Counted from the stretch's first letter, positions 1-13,516 are shown. The stretch is DNA of 64,000 nucleotides from Eledone cirrhosa (GCA_964016885.1 OZ024740.1:266600001-266664000); one strand, 5' to 3'. Numbers and translations: made by a program. Notes: generated from the sequence alone by a model not told the origin.

Positions 1-200
1 GCTTCCATTACTCATACTTCTCTCCTCCTTCACCACCTCTTCTACGGCTTCGATATAAATACCCCCTCCGCCTCCGTGGTATTTTCTTCGGGGTTATAAG
101 AGGCTTAGCTCTGTTTCTCGACCGTTATATCGCGTGACTATCTCCCCCTCCGCCTTTTGGGATTCTTTCTCACGTCGTGTAGACGCGTTCTTGAGACTAG
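1..200 (-). pseudogene. Possible decayed R2-superfamily LINE RT fragment
   Basis: Minus-strand translation loosely resembles the L.PRK.GG.G..E motif downstream of RT. Confidence 0.25.
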
Positions 201-371
201 TAAAATGAGGTATCCTCTTGATAAGTCGGTAGACCTCGCAAGGACTCTATATCTTTATGATGTATTGTTTTTGTTTATGCCACGAAACTACGTAGTCGAG
301 GAATCTTGGAGCAGTTTAGGTATGATACATTTTATTACTAATTATACCTAAATGTGTCTTCTCTCTTCATA

Positions 372-409
<38 letters not shown>

Positions 410-649
410 CAAGCGGAACTTTAAAGGCATGTATCACATTTTAATCTTATAGCCTCAGATCACCATAAATCTTGTTCGTGAAACTAAGTAAATATATATA
501 TATATCCTTCCTTGTATTTTGATCATGCTTTATTTTTATTTATTATATTTTTTGTCTTTATTTGTTAATTTTTCATTCGCACCGTTTCCTTTCGCTATAT
601 GTCTCTCCACCACTCCCCTACACACCTTTTGAACTCTGTTCCCACACAT

Positions 650-774
650 TTCTCACCTGAAGAAGGGCTTATGCCCGAAACGTCGTCCCCCACCTACCCC
701 CCACTCTCCTGAGCGTGAATTTAATAAACATTTATTGTACTGCCTCTCTGTTCTGTCCCTGTTCAATTTTTCAT

Positions 775-775
<1 letters not shown>
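650..775 (+). ncRNA. Minimal hammerhead-like motif at a Penelope-like terminus
   Basis: CTGAAGA-a-gggc ttat gccc-GAAACGTC (657-684), short tail, then (TA)n. Stem I partner is not clean. Confidence 0.6.
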
Positions 776-797
<22 letters not shown>

Positions 798-808
<11 letters not shown>

Positions 809-1642
809 TAAACAAATAATGAATAAACAATGAAAACAGTTCCTTATATTAAACAAAAAAAGTTCATTATTTAACGATCGTTTCTAGGATATATATGTGT
901 TAGAATTGGCATGCATATTCAACAGATCTATGTACAAAATTATACAAAATTATACAAACTATCAAGATTAAATATACATACCAACACATATATACGCCGT
1001 CTTCAGAAATAATGAAATATATTTATTGATAATAACAACAATTCAAAATTTCAGGTCCGTTTGGGAACAAAATTGACCAATGAAAATACAAAAGGTTTAA
1101 TGCAGTTCAGTGTGTGTATATACATGTAACTACCCTTACACATATTTTACAAAAATGTATGCACTACTTGTATACGCATATCAAAAGGATGGATGCAAGT
1201 ACAAAATTTCAAGGTTAATGTCTCTGTAAGTTTATAATGCACAGATAAGATGCGTATAGACATATAAATATGAAATAAGTGTATACACATATTCACATAC
1301 TCAGACATATCCGTACAATCACACACACACGCGCGTATATGCATAAACATACACATAACTACGAACATACAAACACACACACACCCCCACTCACATATAT
1401 ATATGTGGATATAAAATCCTAAGCACATGGATATTAATTCACTCACATAAACACTGGCACACACATTTAGATCAAGATACAGAAATTAGGTGGGAGGGGG
1501 GGAGAGGTCAGTATTCAACGGTTTGGGCAGACTGCTTAATATAGATGTATCTATAAACTAGAAAAATAAAAAATAATAAATAATAAATAAACAATAAAAG
1601 GAAAGAAAAGAAAAAGAAAATAGAAAAAAGAAATATATCAAG

Positions 1643-1712
<70 letters not shown>

Positions 1713-2000
1713 TACACATACACACATATACACACATACACATATATATATACACACATACAAACACATACATACATATACACACATCCACACTTAGAAC
1801 ATACATACACACACATATATAAACATATACATATACACACATACATACATATACACACATACATGTATGTATGTGTGTATATGTATATGTTTATATATGT
1901 GTGTGTATGTATGTTCTAAGTGTGGATGTGTGTATATGTATGTATGTGTTTGTATGTGTGTATATATATATGTGTATGTGTGTATATGTGTGTATGTGTA

Positions 2001-2058
<58 letters not shown>

Positions 2059-2901
2059 CTTGATATATTTCTTTTTTCTTTTTTCTTTTTCTTTTCTTTC
2101 CTTTTATTGTTTATTTATTATTTATTATTTTTTATTTTTCTAGTTTATAGATACATCTATATTAAGCAGTCTGCCCAAACCGTTGAATACTGACCTCTCC
2201 CCCCCTCCCACCTAATTTCTGTATCTTGATCTAAATGTGTGTGCCAGTGTTTATGTGAGTGAATTAATATCCATGTGCTTAGGATTTTATATCCACATAT
2301 ATATATGTGAGTGGGGGTGTGTGTGTGTTTGTATGTTCGTAGTTATGTGTATGTTTATGCATATACGCGCGTGTGTGTGTGATTGTACGGATATGTCTGA
2401 GTATGTGAATATGTGTATACACTTATTTCATATTTATATGTCTATACGCATCTTATCTGTGCATTATAAACTTACAGAGACATTAACCTTGAAATTTTGT
2501 ACTTGCATCCATCCTTTTGATATGCGTATACAAGTAGTGCATACATTTTTGTAAAATATGTGTAAGGGTAGTTACATGTATATACACACACTGAACTGCA
2601 TTAAACCTTTTGTATTTTCATTGGTCAATTTTGTTCCCAAACGGACCTGAAATTTTGAATTGTTGTTATTATCAATAAATATATTTCATTATTTCTGAAG
2701 ACGGCGTATATATGTGTTGGTATGTATATTTAATCTTGATAGTTTGTATAATTTTGTATAATTTTGTACATAGATCTGTTGAATATGCATGCCAATTCTA
2801 ACACATATATATCCTAGAAACGATCGTTAAATAATGAACTTTTTTTGTTTAATATAAGGAACTGTTTTCATTGTTTATTCATTATTTGTTTAATATTTTA
2901 T
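798..2901. repeat. 2.1-kb near-perfect palindrome (arms ~1.05 kb, axis ~1850-1863)
   Basis: Identical ORFs on opposite strands (1147-1464 minus, 2237-2554 plus). Arms match apart from (TA)n length and about one substitution. Confidence 0.97.
2685..2838 (+). ncRNA. Type I hammerhead ribozyme motif with long stem II (mirror copy ~861-1014 on minus)
   Basis: Stem I ttcattattt/aaataatgaa; CTGAAGA 2695-2701; ~115-nt stem II with tatatatgtgtt/aacacatatata; GAAAC 2817-2821; palindromic cgatcg; GTT triplet 2826-2828. Confidence 0.8.
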
Positions 2902-3032
2902 CTTGACTCTGTATACCGTTTATCTTTCACCGAAAGTGATTTTTCATTACATCTCTTCTTTCCATGATATCCGGAATACATTGAGTTCTTCATACGGATT
3001 GGACACTACCGTAAACTCTTGGTAGATTTATC

Positions 3033-3093
<61 letters not shown>

Positions 3094-3094
3094 T

Positions 3095-3600
3095 TGAGAG
3101 GATTGGGCTCCGCTAGGTTTAAAAATGCCCTAGAAACGCTGTATGTCAATACGGTGCCCTTACGATTCCCTAAGGAGTTATGGGACCAGGCATACATTCC
3201 AGAAGACCACCGTTCTGGAAAGCAAGGACTGGGGTGGTGTACACAGTATGAGTGGAAAGAAACACGAGTGAGACGAGATTTTATTTTAGTGAAGGTAGAG
3301 CGAAAGCACCCATGGGAATTGTAGAAATGTCAGAGGGAAGAGACGGGACAAAACATAGATTTCAACTTACGTGGACCAGAGGTTAGAATCTGTTAGTGAT
3401 CGATTTCCTGCCCTTCGGTTGAATTACCTTTCTTTGGATGTAATCTAAAATGGTCAGCCGTATGTTCAGCTAGATCATCCCTGGACTTTGTAGAGGGTTA
3501 GTAGGTGTTGTGAACTGGAGTATCTTTTTGACTTTGAAGAAGAATTCTCGTCTTTGTTATATTGGAGATTTACAATCACCCGAAGAGATATTCAGTGACA
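3095..3600 (-). pseudogene. Decayed CR1/L2-like LINE 3' fragment
   Basis: Minus-strand remnants QHLLTLYKVQ and ILDYIQRKVI resemble the post-RT region of CR1/L2-type ORF2. Confidence 0.45.
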
Positions 3601-3607
3601 GTAAAGA

Positions 3608-3680
<73 letters not shown>

Positions 3681-3896
3681 GGCGACGTACGTAGTAAATC
3701 GTGTCATCGTGAGCTCCGCAAAGGTTTGTTATTTTCAGTTATTTAAAATTGCCATTTATGGAAAATGTTTATTGTTAACTATATATAAGTGCACATACAT
3801 TGATTTCTGAAAAGGACACTCAAAATATTGGGGCCTTGAGCCCAAAATTTAAACTTTTTATAATTATCAAACAAAAAATTTTTTCTTTGAAAAATA

Positions 3897-5986
3897 ATGG
3901 ATGACTCAGATTCACTCCTTCCTCACAATCCAATACTTCACACCGACACCACCATTGTAAACATTGCTACGTTTGCCAACACTGGAACTGTAAGCAGTAG
4001 CAATATTTTAAATTTGTCTCAGGCAGACGTTCATTTCCCGCCATTACCAATAACTGCAGGTGTTAAAGCCGCCACCACCACCACCGCGACAACCACCACC
4101 CCCACCACCACAGCGACAACAGAAACAAAAGAAAAAAAAATTAACTCATGATATCGAAATGAATTCAACCAAAATGAACTGTTCCATACCGAACACCACT
4201 GACGCCACCACCACCACAACTGAAACTAAAATTAACAATAGCAAAAATAACGATAATAACAACAGCAACAATGAAATTAAGAAAACTACCCTGAGTTTTG
4301 CCAGAGTAGCAAAAACGTGCGAAGCGATTCAGGTAACTCAGGAAGAATTAGACGAAGCCAAAGGAATAGTAAAGAAAGATGTGTACAGGGTCAGCCTCAT
4401 CCCCCCCCCCCCCACTAATAAAATGGAGCAACGTCGCCTATGCACCGTGTCTTATCGGACAATAAACATAAAATCGCGCCGAGTGGAACGGGCATCTGAG
4501 TCCCAAATCCAAAAAGCTTTGGGACATGTGTGGGCAAAAAAAAGCCACATCAGACGTGGGCAGAAGTATGGAACCGTGGACATGTTCTTTGAAACACCAC
4601 AGGAGGCCAGAGAACACTCCATGGCCCCATTAAGAAGTGATGACTTCACACTCATCCCAAGCTATTGTGGCCAGAGACTTGTGAAGATCAGGGTGACCCA
4701 CGTTCCACCGGCCATCGAAATTCCCTGGCTAATGGCTGCCGTCTTCGCCGGCATCGAGGCCAGCACCAAAATAATAGAAATAGCAAAAGAAAAGCAGGAG
4801 AACTGGTCAGGATCTGGGATGGAGTTCCTGATCCAAGCGGACCATAAAAGCATTGAAGAGATCCCAGATGTAAGAGACCTCACTGACGGCAGCCACCTCA
4901 CCGTAATCGTCGAGGGCAGAAGACCTAGGTGTGTCGTTTGTGGTGAAGGAACCCACCTAAGGGCTTTCTGCCCTCAGGCTAAAAGGTTGAGGCCACCTCT
5001 CTTACCCACCCCAGTGACTCAACCATCAACACCACCAGCAGCAGAAATAGCAGCAACAACTGTAGCAGCAACAACAGAAGCAACTGTAACAGCAACAACC
5101 CCAGCAACAGTAGCAAAACCAACACCACCACCACCCAACGCCCCAGAACTAGCACCAGCGCCTACACCACCCACCACGCCACAACCAAAACCAACGCCTG
5201 TGGAGGATTTTCCACTCCCCGGCTTATCGCAACTGGAGACAGATTGTGACGACGAGGAGTGGGAAATGGTATCAGGAAAAAAGAAAAAAAAAAGAAAAAA
5301 TTCTCTTCCTTCCCCCTCAAAAAACAAAATACAGAGGGAAACAAATAAATTATCGAACAAGAAAGTTAAGACAGATATGCCACCATCCACACCAGCATCA
5401 CCAACTCCATCACCACAAACACCAACACCATCACCATCATTAACCCCAACACCACAACATCCACCATCACCAACACCACAAAAGTCACCAAAAAGCGTAA
5501 CAGAAATAAACCCACAACAAACGCAAACAAAACGATACACACTACACATCATTAAATTTGAACAACTGGATTGGCAGTATCGGTAGAGGGTCGGACGCCA
5601 TGCTTTCCAGCATAGTTACGTCCCTTTACGATCTGAGTTCAAATCCCGCCGAGGTTGACTTTGCCTTTCATCCTTACGGGGTCGATAAAATAAAGTACCA
5701 GTAATGCACTGGGTAATTGCTGGCCTTGTGCCAAAAGTAGAAACAATTAAATTTGAACAACAACCAATTATTACACTACATGCAACACAACACCAGCATC
5801 ACAGAAAAAGACTACACAACAACCCAAAAGTTCACACCACCTCTACACATACAAATCACTCGCATCACACAGAAAACGTACACGACACTAAAACAAAATT
5901 TCCCCAAAGATATCGGAGACTTCCGACAAACACTCTCCAGGAGGATTTATAAGGACATCCTTCCGGAGGAGGCCACAAGCAGTTAA
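3897..5986 (+). pseudogene. LINE ORF1 (gag-like nucleic-acid-binding protein), frameshifted and SINE-interrupted
   Basis: ATG at 3897 (MDDSDS) with a probable frameshift near the A-run ~4127-4140 into ORF 4060-5586. Has SFARVA motif, zinc knuckle CVVCGEGTHLRAFC, Pro/Thr-rich linker and WEMVSGKKKKKRK. Reading continues after the SINE (5704-5952 or 5753-5986). Confidence 0.8.
5567..5745 (+). mobile_element. tRNA-derived SINE (family A) inserted in LINE ORF1 with 16-bp TSD
   Basis: A-box-like tggcagtatcggtag, B-box gagttcaaatccc, core gcctttcatccttacggggtcgataaaataaagtaccag. TSD attaaatttgaacaac at 5551-5566 and 5746-5761. Confidence 0.93.
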
Positions 5987-6062
5987 AAGGATGGAGAAAC
6001 CATCCTTCCTCTACGAGAAGTAAGGTATGTGGTCTTTCCCATCTTTTCCACTCCATTCCAAC

Positions 6063-9000
6063 ATGACCTCACTCAGAATAGGCAGCATAAATGCGCGTGG
6101 CTTGGGGTCGTCATGGAAGCAGGGTCTCCTGCTCAACGACTTCAGGTCACTAAACATAGATGTAGTGGCCATCAGAGAGACCAGAATCTCCGAAGCACGG
6201 GCCTTCGCACCGATCTTCGGCGGCTACGATGTGTACGCATCTCCCAGCCGTCCTGGATCGGGGGGAGGAGTTGCTGTGCTTTTTAGGAGAGGTTTGGATC
6301 TCGCCATACGGGCCATCTTCCTGGACCCAGAAGGTAAGTTGGTGGTGCTAGACGTGACCAGCAGAGACGGGAAAGCTTTCAGGCTAGTGGCCGTCTATGC
6401 TCCGACAGGAGCAGGGCGGCCTGATTTCTTCCGGCGTCTGGAGATCTTTCTAGGAACGTCCCGCTCTTTAGTGTTAGTGGGCGACTGGAACGGGATCTTA
6501 GATGCACGCTGGGACTGTGTGGGATTAGCGGATAGGGGTGGAGGGTGCAAGAGCCTCACCAACCTGCTCAGGCGTTTTGAACTGTCTGACAGGTACCGAT
6601 TGGATTTCCCGAATGTGCCAATGTGGACTTGGACAAATCGCATAGGGTCATCCAGATCATATCTAGATAGAGTATTTTGTAGGGAAATAGATAGGTCTAG
6701 CATAGGCTGTCCACAATTCAAGATAGTCAGCTACACGGACCACAAATTCGTGATCTGTGTGCTTGACTTAGATAAGCTTCATAGACGAGGACCCGGCTAC
6801 TGGAAGCTAAACGCGTCCTTACCAGCGCACAAGGCCTACAGAGACCGGATTAGCGAACTAGTTAAGCGGGCGTTAACGGGGGCCATCGTCAACAACAAGT
6901 GGTAGTTTGCTCTGAAAAGAGTGATTAGAATAGAATCCATTAGGTTTACTAAGGCTTTAGCAATAGAGAAAAATAGAGCAGCGAGAGAACTAGTTAGAAA
7001 ATTAGACGAGGCGCTTAGCAAAGGCATCGCGATCGACGTGCTTGCGGCGAAATTGGCCCTTGACCAATTCTTCAATGCAAAGCACGAAGGCTGCGTTGTC
7101 AGAGCTAGGGTGCGTGCTCTCAGACACGAGGGGACGAAAGCCGTTCAATGGGCCCGATTGGCGGAGGCGCGTCGTGGCAACAAAGCCACGATCCGGTCTT
7201 TGGTAGACCACGACGGGCGCATGCTACTCGATCCAGGGCAAATGTGTGAAGCTTTTCAGCGACACTTCGCTCAGCTGTTCGGGGGCAGCGGTGGGCCGGG
7301 TCGAGGGATGGACTTTAGTGTCTACCTCGACGGACTGCCGCGGTTCTCGGACACTGAGGCGGAGTGTTGCGAAAAGCCGATAACAGCCGCTGAAGTACGG
7401 GAGACAATGACTGGCTGCACAAGGGGTAAATCGCCTGGTTTGGATGATCTGCCCTACGAACTTTACGTACAGATGCCAGACTTGTTCGGAGGCCTCTTGG
7501 CGGACGTCTGCTACAACTGGCAACAGAACGGGAGAATTCCCAGCTCTGTGAGCCGAAGAGTGGTGGCACTGCTGAGAAAGGATCCGAACAAGGGGGATAA
7601 CATAGATAATTTCAGGCCCATAACTCTGCTAAACACAGAGTTCAAGATTTTGGCCAAGGTGCTAGCAAAGAGGTTGGCGCTTGTCGTTGGTGGTCTGGTG
7701 GGAGAGGCGCAGACATACGCCATTCCCGACAGATCCATCCATGACAACCTCCACCTCATGCGATACATCGTAGAGAGGGTAGCTAGGGAACCTGGCACGG
7801 GTGGGTCCTTGATCAATTTAGATCAGTCGAAAGCTTTCGATAGGGTCGACCATCGTTTCCTAGCGGCAGTCCTGAGGGCGGCTGGCTTTGGGCCCGTCTT
7901 CAGAGGCTGGATCGCTGCCATGCACAGCGACATCTGCTCTGTGGTGAGAGTGAACGGTCACCTTTCGGAACCGTTCAACATCATGCGCTCGGTCCGCCAA
8001 GGATATCCCCTCTCGTCCCTCTTGTACGTATTGACTCTCGAGTCATTACTGCACAAACTGGAGACGTTGAGGGGCGTCCCGCGCGAACTAGGATGCGGAA
8101 GATCCGTGTCAGCATATGCGGACGATGTCACCGTAGTTGTGTCGAACGCCAAACACATCGAGGCGATTGGCACTACACTAAGAGAATACGAAGCGGTGAC
8201 AGGAGCAATGATCAACCAGGAAAAGTCAGTGGGCCTGCAGCTCGTCGTCGGACGCTGGACGGACGGACCGGTTAAATTGCTAGGGGTCTGGTTGGGTCCG
8301 GACCTCCAGACGGACAAAAACTGGGACGAGGTGACGAGCAGGGTGGCTTCTCTCACCCAGAAATGGGCGGAGAGGAAGCTATCCCTGAAAGTTCGAGCGG
8401 AGGTGGCTAACGCGTACATCGCGTCCGTCATCTGCTACCGCCTGACCGTCGTACCTTGTTCTAAGCCCCGCCTGACTGCGCTGGAGCGTTTGCTCTTTCG
8501 CTTTTTGTGGAAGGGACGCGCTCCGATGGTCTGGCGGTCCATCTGCTGTCAACACCCGCTACGTGGAGGGCTGGGAATGCCGTGGCTGATGATGCGCAGA
8601 CACGCGCTCAGGCTACGACATCTCCACCTCTTCCTCGACGGTGATCAGGTGTGGTCGCCGTTTGCTAGACACGTATTTCCCCAGCTCGTTTCCTTAACGG
8701 AGCTGCAGTCCTGGGTCAAGCGAAGACCGAGAGGGAGCGCCTGGAGACTGGAATGTCTTCAGGCGCTCAGAGCCCTCGACCAATCGGGCAATGTGATCGG
8801 TGGAAACTCCACCTTGGCGTTCTATAGAGGATTAGTGGAGGGGTAGAGCGACGACGTACTTGGGGAAACTCTAGGCGTCGACGAAAATCAACTAGCCAAT
8901 CTCTTCGGAAGAACTTTCTGGCCGGGACCTATGGACAACTTCCAGAAATCTCAGGCCTGGCAGTGCTACCGAGGAGCCTTGCCAGTTCGGGATAAACTCT

Positions 9001-9446
9001 ACAGGCATGGAGGTGCCGTCAGCCGGGCATGTCCGAGATGCGCGCAGGGCAACGAAACCGTCCTGCACTCACTCGTCCAGTGTCCGAAAATTGCTGACTT
9101 GTGTGTTTATGTCGAACACCTGCTGTCGCGTGTAGGACGGATCCGGCCATCATCTGAGTCCATTGTGAGGATTGCCCCGCCCTCTTCCTTTAGCCGGGAA
9201 GGGCAGGCAGTTTTTATCTGTCTGGTGGCCATGGCGAAAGAGATAGTATGGTGGACACGTTTGAAAGGACTGAAGACGAGCACTTACCTCTTCGGTGAAT
9301 CCCTGATTGACTTTTTCAAATTTCATTTGAAAAGGAAAATCAGAGTAGAGAGGGAAGTGCTCTCTTCCCAGCATTTTGTTGAAAGATGGGTGACAGAAGC
9401 AAGAATGGCCCGAGTGAATGGGCCTACTCTGAGTACGTATCTGTAA
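6063..9446 (+). pseudogene. LINE ORF2: APE endonuclease, reverse transcriptase and C-terminal zinc motif, with two in-frame TAG stops
   Basis: ORFs 6027-6905, 6921-8846 and 8931-9446 are in one frame. EN motifs: SINARGL, GDWN, YLDR, TDH, GPGYWKLN. RT motifs: KSPGLD, FRPITLLN, LDQSKAFDRV, VRQG.PLS, YADD. C-terminal CPRC..ETVLHSLVQC. Confidence 0.93.
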
Positions 9447-9697
9447 ATTAAAGGTGGAAAACTGGGAGAGGGCACTTGCCTTGGTAGTCAGGGTCACTGT
9501 GGCCTTTTACTGGGCTTTCTTCACAAATATCCCTCCGAAGTCTCCCCCCTATTGGGGAATTTTTCATTGTTATTTTTTGTTACATCCTCTGTCTTTGTTT
9601 TTTACACGCATAAATGCCCATTTGTACCGTCCTGTATTGTCCTGCACTGTCCTTAATGTCTACTTTATGTAAACCCTTGTGGTTAATAAAGAAATCA

Positions 9698-10140
9698 TTC
9701 TTCTTCTTCTTCTTCTTCTTCTTCTTCTTCTTCTTCTTCTTCTTCTTCTTCTTCTTCTTCTTCTTCTTCTTCACTCCTTCCAGCGAGTCCTGTCAGAAGC
9801 AACCATCTCCAACTGATCCGGCTGGATCCCCAAGTGAGACCAACCAATCTCATGGATGTTTTCCAACAATATTGCTCGGAATCTACCCCTGGGCCTCCTG
9901 TCTGTTGGTTTTGCCCATCAAATCTGTCCACCGATTCTTTCCTGAGACATTCTAACCACATGCTTGGAGGAACCCCATTTCGGCCGCTTCTATTTGCGAT
10001 CGTATTCTTTCGGTCATTGCGCAAGATTCATGACCATAGGTAAGGGTTGGCACGAATACCGAATTGAAGATTAGCAAGTTTGGCTTTTACACCTACCTCC
10101 CTTTTTCTGATTACCGAATGCTGAAGCTGGTACATCACTG
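9698..10140 (-). mobile_element. RTE-clade LINE 3' fragment with (GAA)n tail
   Basis: Minus strand reads LTYGHES..TERIRSQIEAAEMGFL and WSHLGIQPDQLEMVASDRTRWKE*, followed directly by (GAA)n at 9698-9772. Confidence 0.75.
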
Positions 10141-10394
10141 CATCAGCTCCAACAATTCTTGCACTTAATGCAGCCTCCTGTCTTCCATTTTCTGCTATGT
10201 TTGTGGATGGGGGCGGCATGCATGATTATGCTTTCAACAATAACTGTGTATTTTTGTTTTTGTTGTTGAAGCAGAATAGATTGACATAACCCCAATGGGA
10301 AATGTTTCCATGGTTTATATTCTTGGGTTAGGTGGTTTGTTAGCTTGGCATTTGACGTACTTACTGGCAGTCATTATAGCAACCACACCTTAGG

Positions 10395-10461
<67 letters not shown>

Positions 10462-10466
<5 letters not shown>

Positions 10467-11073
10467 ATGAGAAGAAAGAAGAATACTGCGTGGTTGCACA
10501 TGGGTTACATATGATAAAAATAGTCCTTCGTCAGTGATTGTCCAACCATCATTGGTATTTCATCGCATTAAAAATCATATACCTCAGGTTGGTGCGAGCA
10601 ATAACTAAAAAAAGCTATTGGGACCAGTAAATCGCGTAAAGCGAGGGGGACAAGTAAACAACATAGAAGGATAAAAGCAAACCGAAGATAAGAAAAAAAC
10701 AAGCAACATAGTTGTCCGGTCAGCATAAGCTGGGTGGATTTCATGAGCGAAAGGAACAGACCGTCCGATGTGAGTGAGATGTAAGCAAGAAGAGGCCCAC
10801 TGTAAGCCAAACGGGAGGAAGTGAGAAGGAGAGAAAGAGAGAGTGAATGAGTGGAAGTGCGAGGAAGCGGTCAGTCGAGAGAAAGTGTAACTGACAGAGG
10901 GGGCGAAAGAAGGTGAGAGAAACAGAGAGAGCGGGGAAGCAGTAAGAGAGAAACAGACAAACGCAGCCGAGGTAAATATATATAAAAAACATGAGAAGAA
11001 AGAAGAATACTGCGTGGTTGCACATGGGTTACATATGATAAAAATAGTCCTTCGTCAGTGATTTTCCAACCAT
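10462..11073 (-). mobile_element. Non-coding element with ~87-bp terminal direct repeat (524-bp period) inside (TA)n
   Basis: 10463-10549 recurs at 10987-11073 and contains CTGACGA on minus. Homologues at ~37895-38030 and ~54100-54410 on plus have CTGATGA. Confidence 0.75.
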
Positions 11074-11293
11074 AAATATATATATATAGGAACTAAAGAA
11101 TCAGTATTGCATCATATACATATTTAATTACATATTACATGTTTCGAAGACCGATCGAATTATGTTCGTTCCTGACTCTGGATTCTTTCTTCCCTATTTA
11201 TTATTATTGATACTCTGCTACCCAATAGCATCGAGTGCTCATCTTATCATACCTCCTGTGAACGCAATTCAATTGCATCTCTACTACTACTAC

Positions 11294-11352
<59 letters not shown>

Positions 11353-11356
<4 letters not shown>

Positions 11357-12017
11357 GCGAAATCTCTCCGCGCCTTGAACTTTTGGTGATACCTAAAGGT
11401 TAAATTCTAGGTCAACACCCTTTTGGTGTGGACAGGTTGATGCGTTGGCTATCCCCTCAAGGTGGGGAGACAGGAAGCGATAGCTATATAAAGCCTATAT
11501 TTTCCCACTTTACACACAAAGATATCGGAGCGATAGGATACACACACAGAGATTGGAGCCCTACTACTACAGACCATGTACAAGCCACAATGGTCTACCA
11601 CCAATTACAGACCATTCAGAGATATACAAACCATATCTCTCTCTCTCTTACTAACTACGGTCTCACAACTACTACCACGGACTCCAAATTCCAATAATAA
11701 CAACAATTATCTGTCGCTCGCTGTTTTCACTCCAACAACAACAACAACAATTATCTGTCACTCGCTGTTTTCACACCAACACTAACAACAGACTACAACA
11801 ACCTCACATCAGCAGCAATAACTACATTAACAACTCTTGGTAACTGTTTCATATGTACTTTTTAATTGATTCACGTGAAGTAAACTATATATATAACCAA
11901 ATAATTTATTCTTTATATTCTCGTTATTACACCTATTCCTATTATACTTTGTTATTATCATATCAACTAATAACCACATATAACCATCTAACTTTTCATT
12001 TTTAACCCTTCGTTAAA
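11353..12017 (+). mobile_element. Probable solo LTR in (TA)n
   Basis: Starts tgtagcgaa and ends ttcgttaaa (imperfect inverted termini). TATA-like ctatataaa near 11484. No ORF. Confidence 0.4.
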
Positions 12018-12036
12018 TATATATATATATATATAT

Positions 12037-12528
12037 ATAAGTATGTACACGTACATACATATATGTATATAGACGTACAGTAGTATATACATATATATAC
12101 ATACATGCACACATATATATATGTACGTATGGATTCACCGAACATTTATTATATAATGCTCGATGTGTTTGTAAACAAACATCCCGTATTAAGCCGTAGT
12201 GTCAAGCAACCATCGTTGCTCGTTTGTTCAACACTGACAAAGGAACGCTGTACTAGTTTCAAGCTTATTAGCTATCGTCAGCAACGTATACCTTCCTGCC
12301 AGATTGTTGAACGTATATACTTACCTTATGCATATTAACGGCTGAGTAGCCCAATTTGCATATCCAGTGGGTTAATCGGCCGGGTGCACCGAAAACGATA
12401 AACGGAAAAAATGAAACGAAATTTCATTTCCCACTCTGAGTAGGGCTGTTACTTAAATATAAGTATGTACACGTACATACATATATGTATATAGACGTAC
12501 AGTAGTATGTACATATATATACATACAT
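12037..12528. repeat. ~70-bp direct repeat pair
   Basis: tataagtatgtacacgtacatacatatatgtatatagacgtacagtagtat... at ~12037 and ~12458. Confidence 0.8.
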
Positions 12529-12529
12529 G

Positions 12530-12974
<445 letters not shown>

Positions 12975-13480
12975 CACATAGAGATATGTGTTCAATCATA
13001 GGGCATCAGAAACCACCAGAGTGACGAACATATTACCTACGGAAGGAATGGTGAATATAAAACAATAAAAAGAATATATTAAAGTATACTAACCATTCGA
13101 TTATAACAATAACATCCGGACATGCTCAAATAAGAGTATGTTTCGCTATAATAAGTGAAGAATCCATATTGTAGATGTAGCTCATCGGTGGGTGCCTAGC
13201 AATATGATCAACACTTCTATAAAAAATATATCAGATAACTAAGAAAACACGCATGGTATAGAGGAAAGACATGTGTGTTTTATAGCCCATGGTGGTGTGA
13301 ATAGAACAAAAGACCGCTAAAAATAGCAGCTCAGAATCATTCAACTTTAGAAGCTCTACATACATATAGAAATGAATTAGGAGCTAAAATTTCAAATTAG
13401 TTAACTATAATTTAGGGAGCTCAAGGAATATATATTACGGGCTCTAGTCAAATTAATTAATTCCGTTAATTAATTTGAAA

Positions 13481-13512
<32 letters not shown>

Positions 13513-13516
<4 letters not shown>

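Larger units (their letters stand above)
3681..9697 (+). mobile_element. Near full-length Tx1/L1-clade non-LTR retrotransposon (two ORFs, inactivated)
   Basis: 5' UTR, ORF1 with CCHC knuckle, ORF2 with APE endonuclease, RT and C-terminal Cys/His motif, then 3' UTR with AATAAA at 9685-9690. Flanked by (TTA)n and (TTC)n. Confidence 0.92.

Noticed and set aside
1147-2554. Duplicated 105-aa gene on opposite strands
   Set aside because: Low-complexity by-product of the palindrome with no protein motif.
13125-13195. Minus-strand hammerhead-like ccgatga-gcta..tagc-gaaac
   Set aside because: Core is mutated and no clear stem I or cleavage triplet could be assigned.
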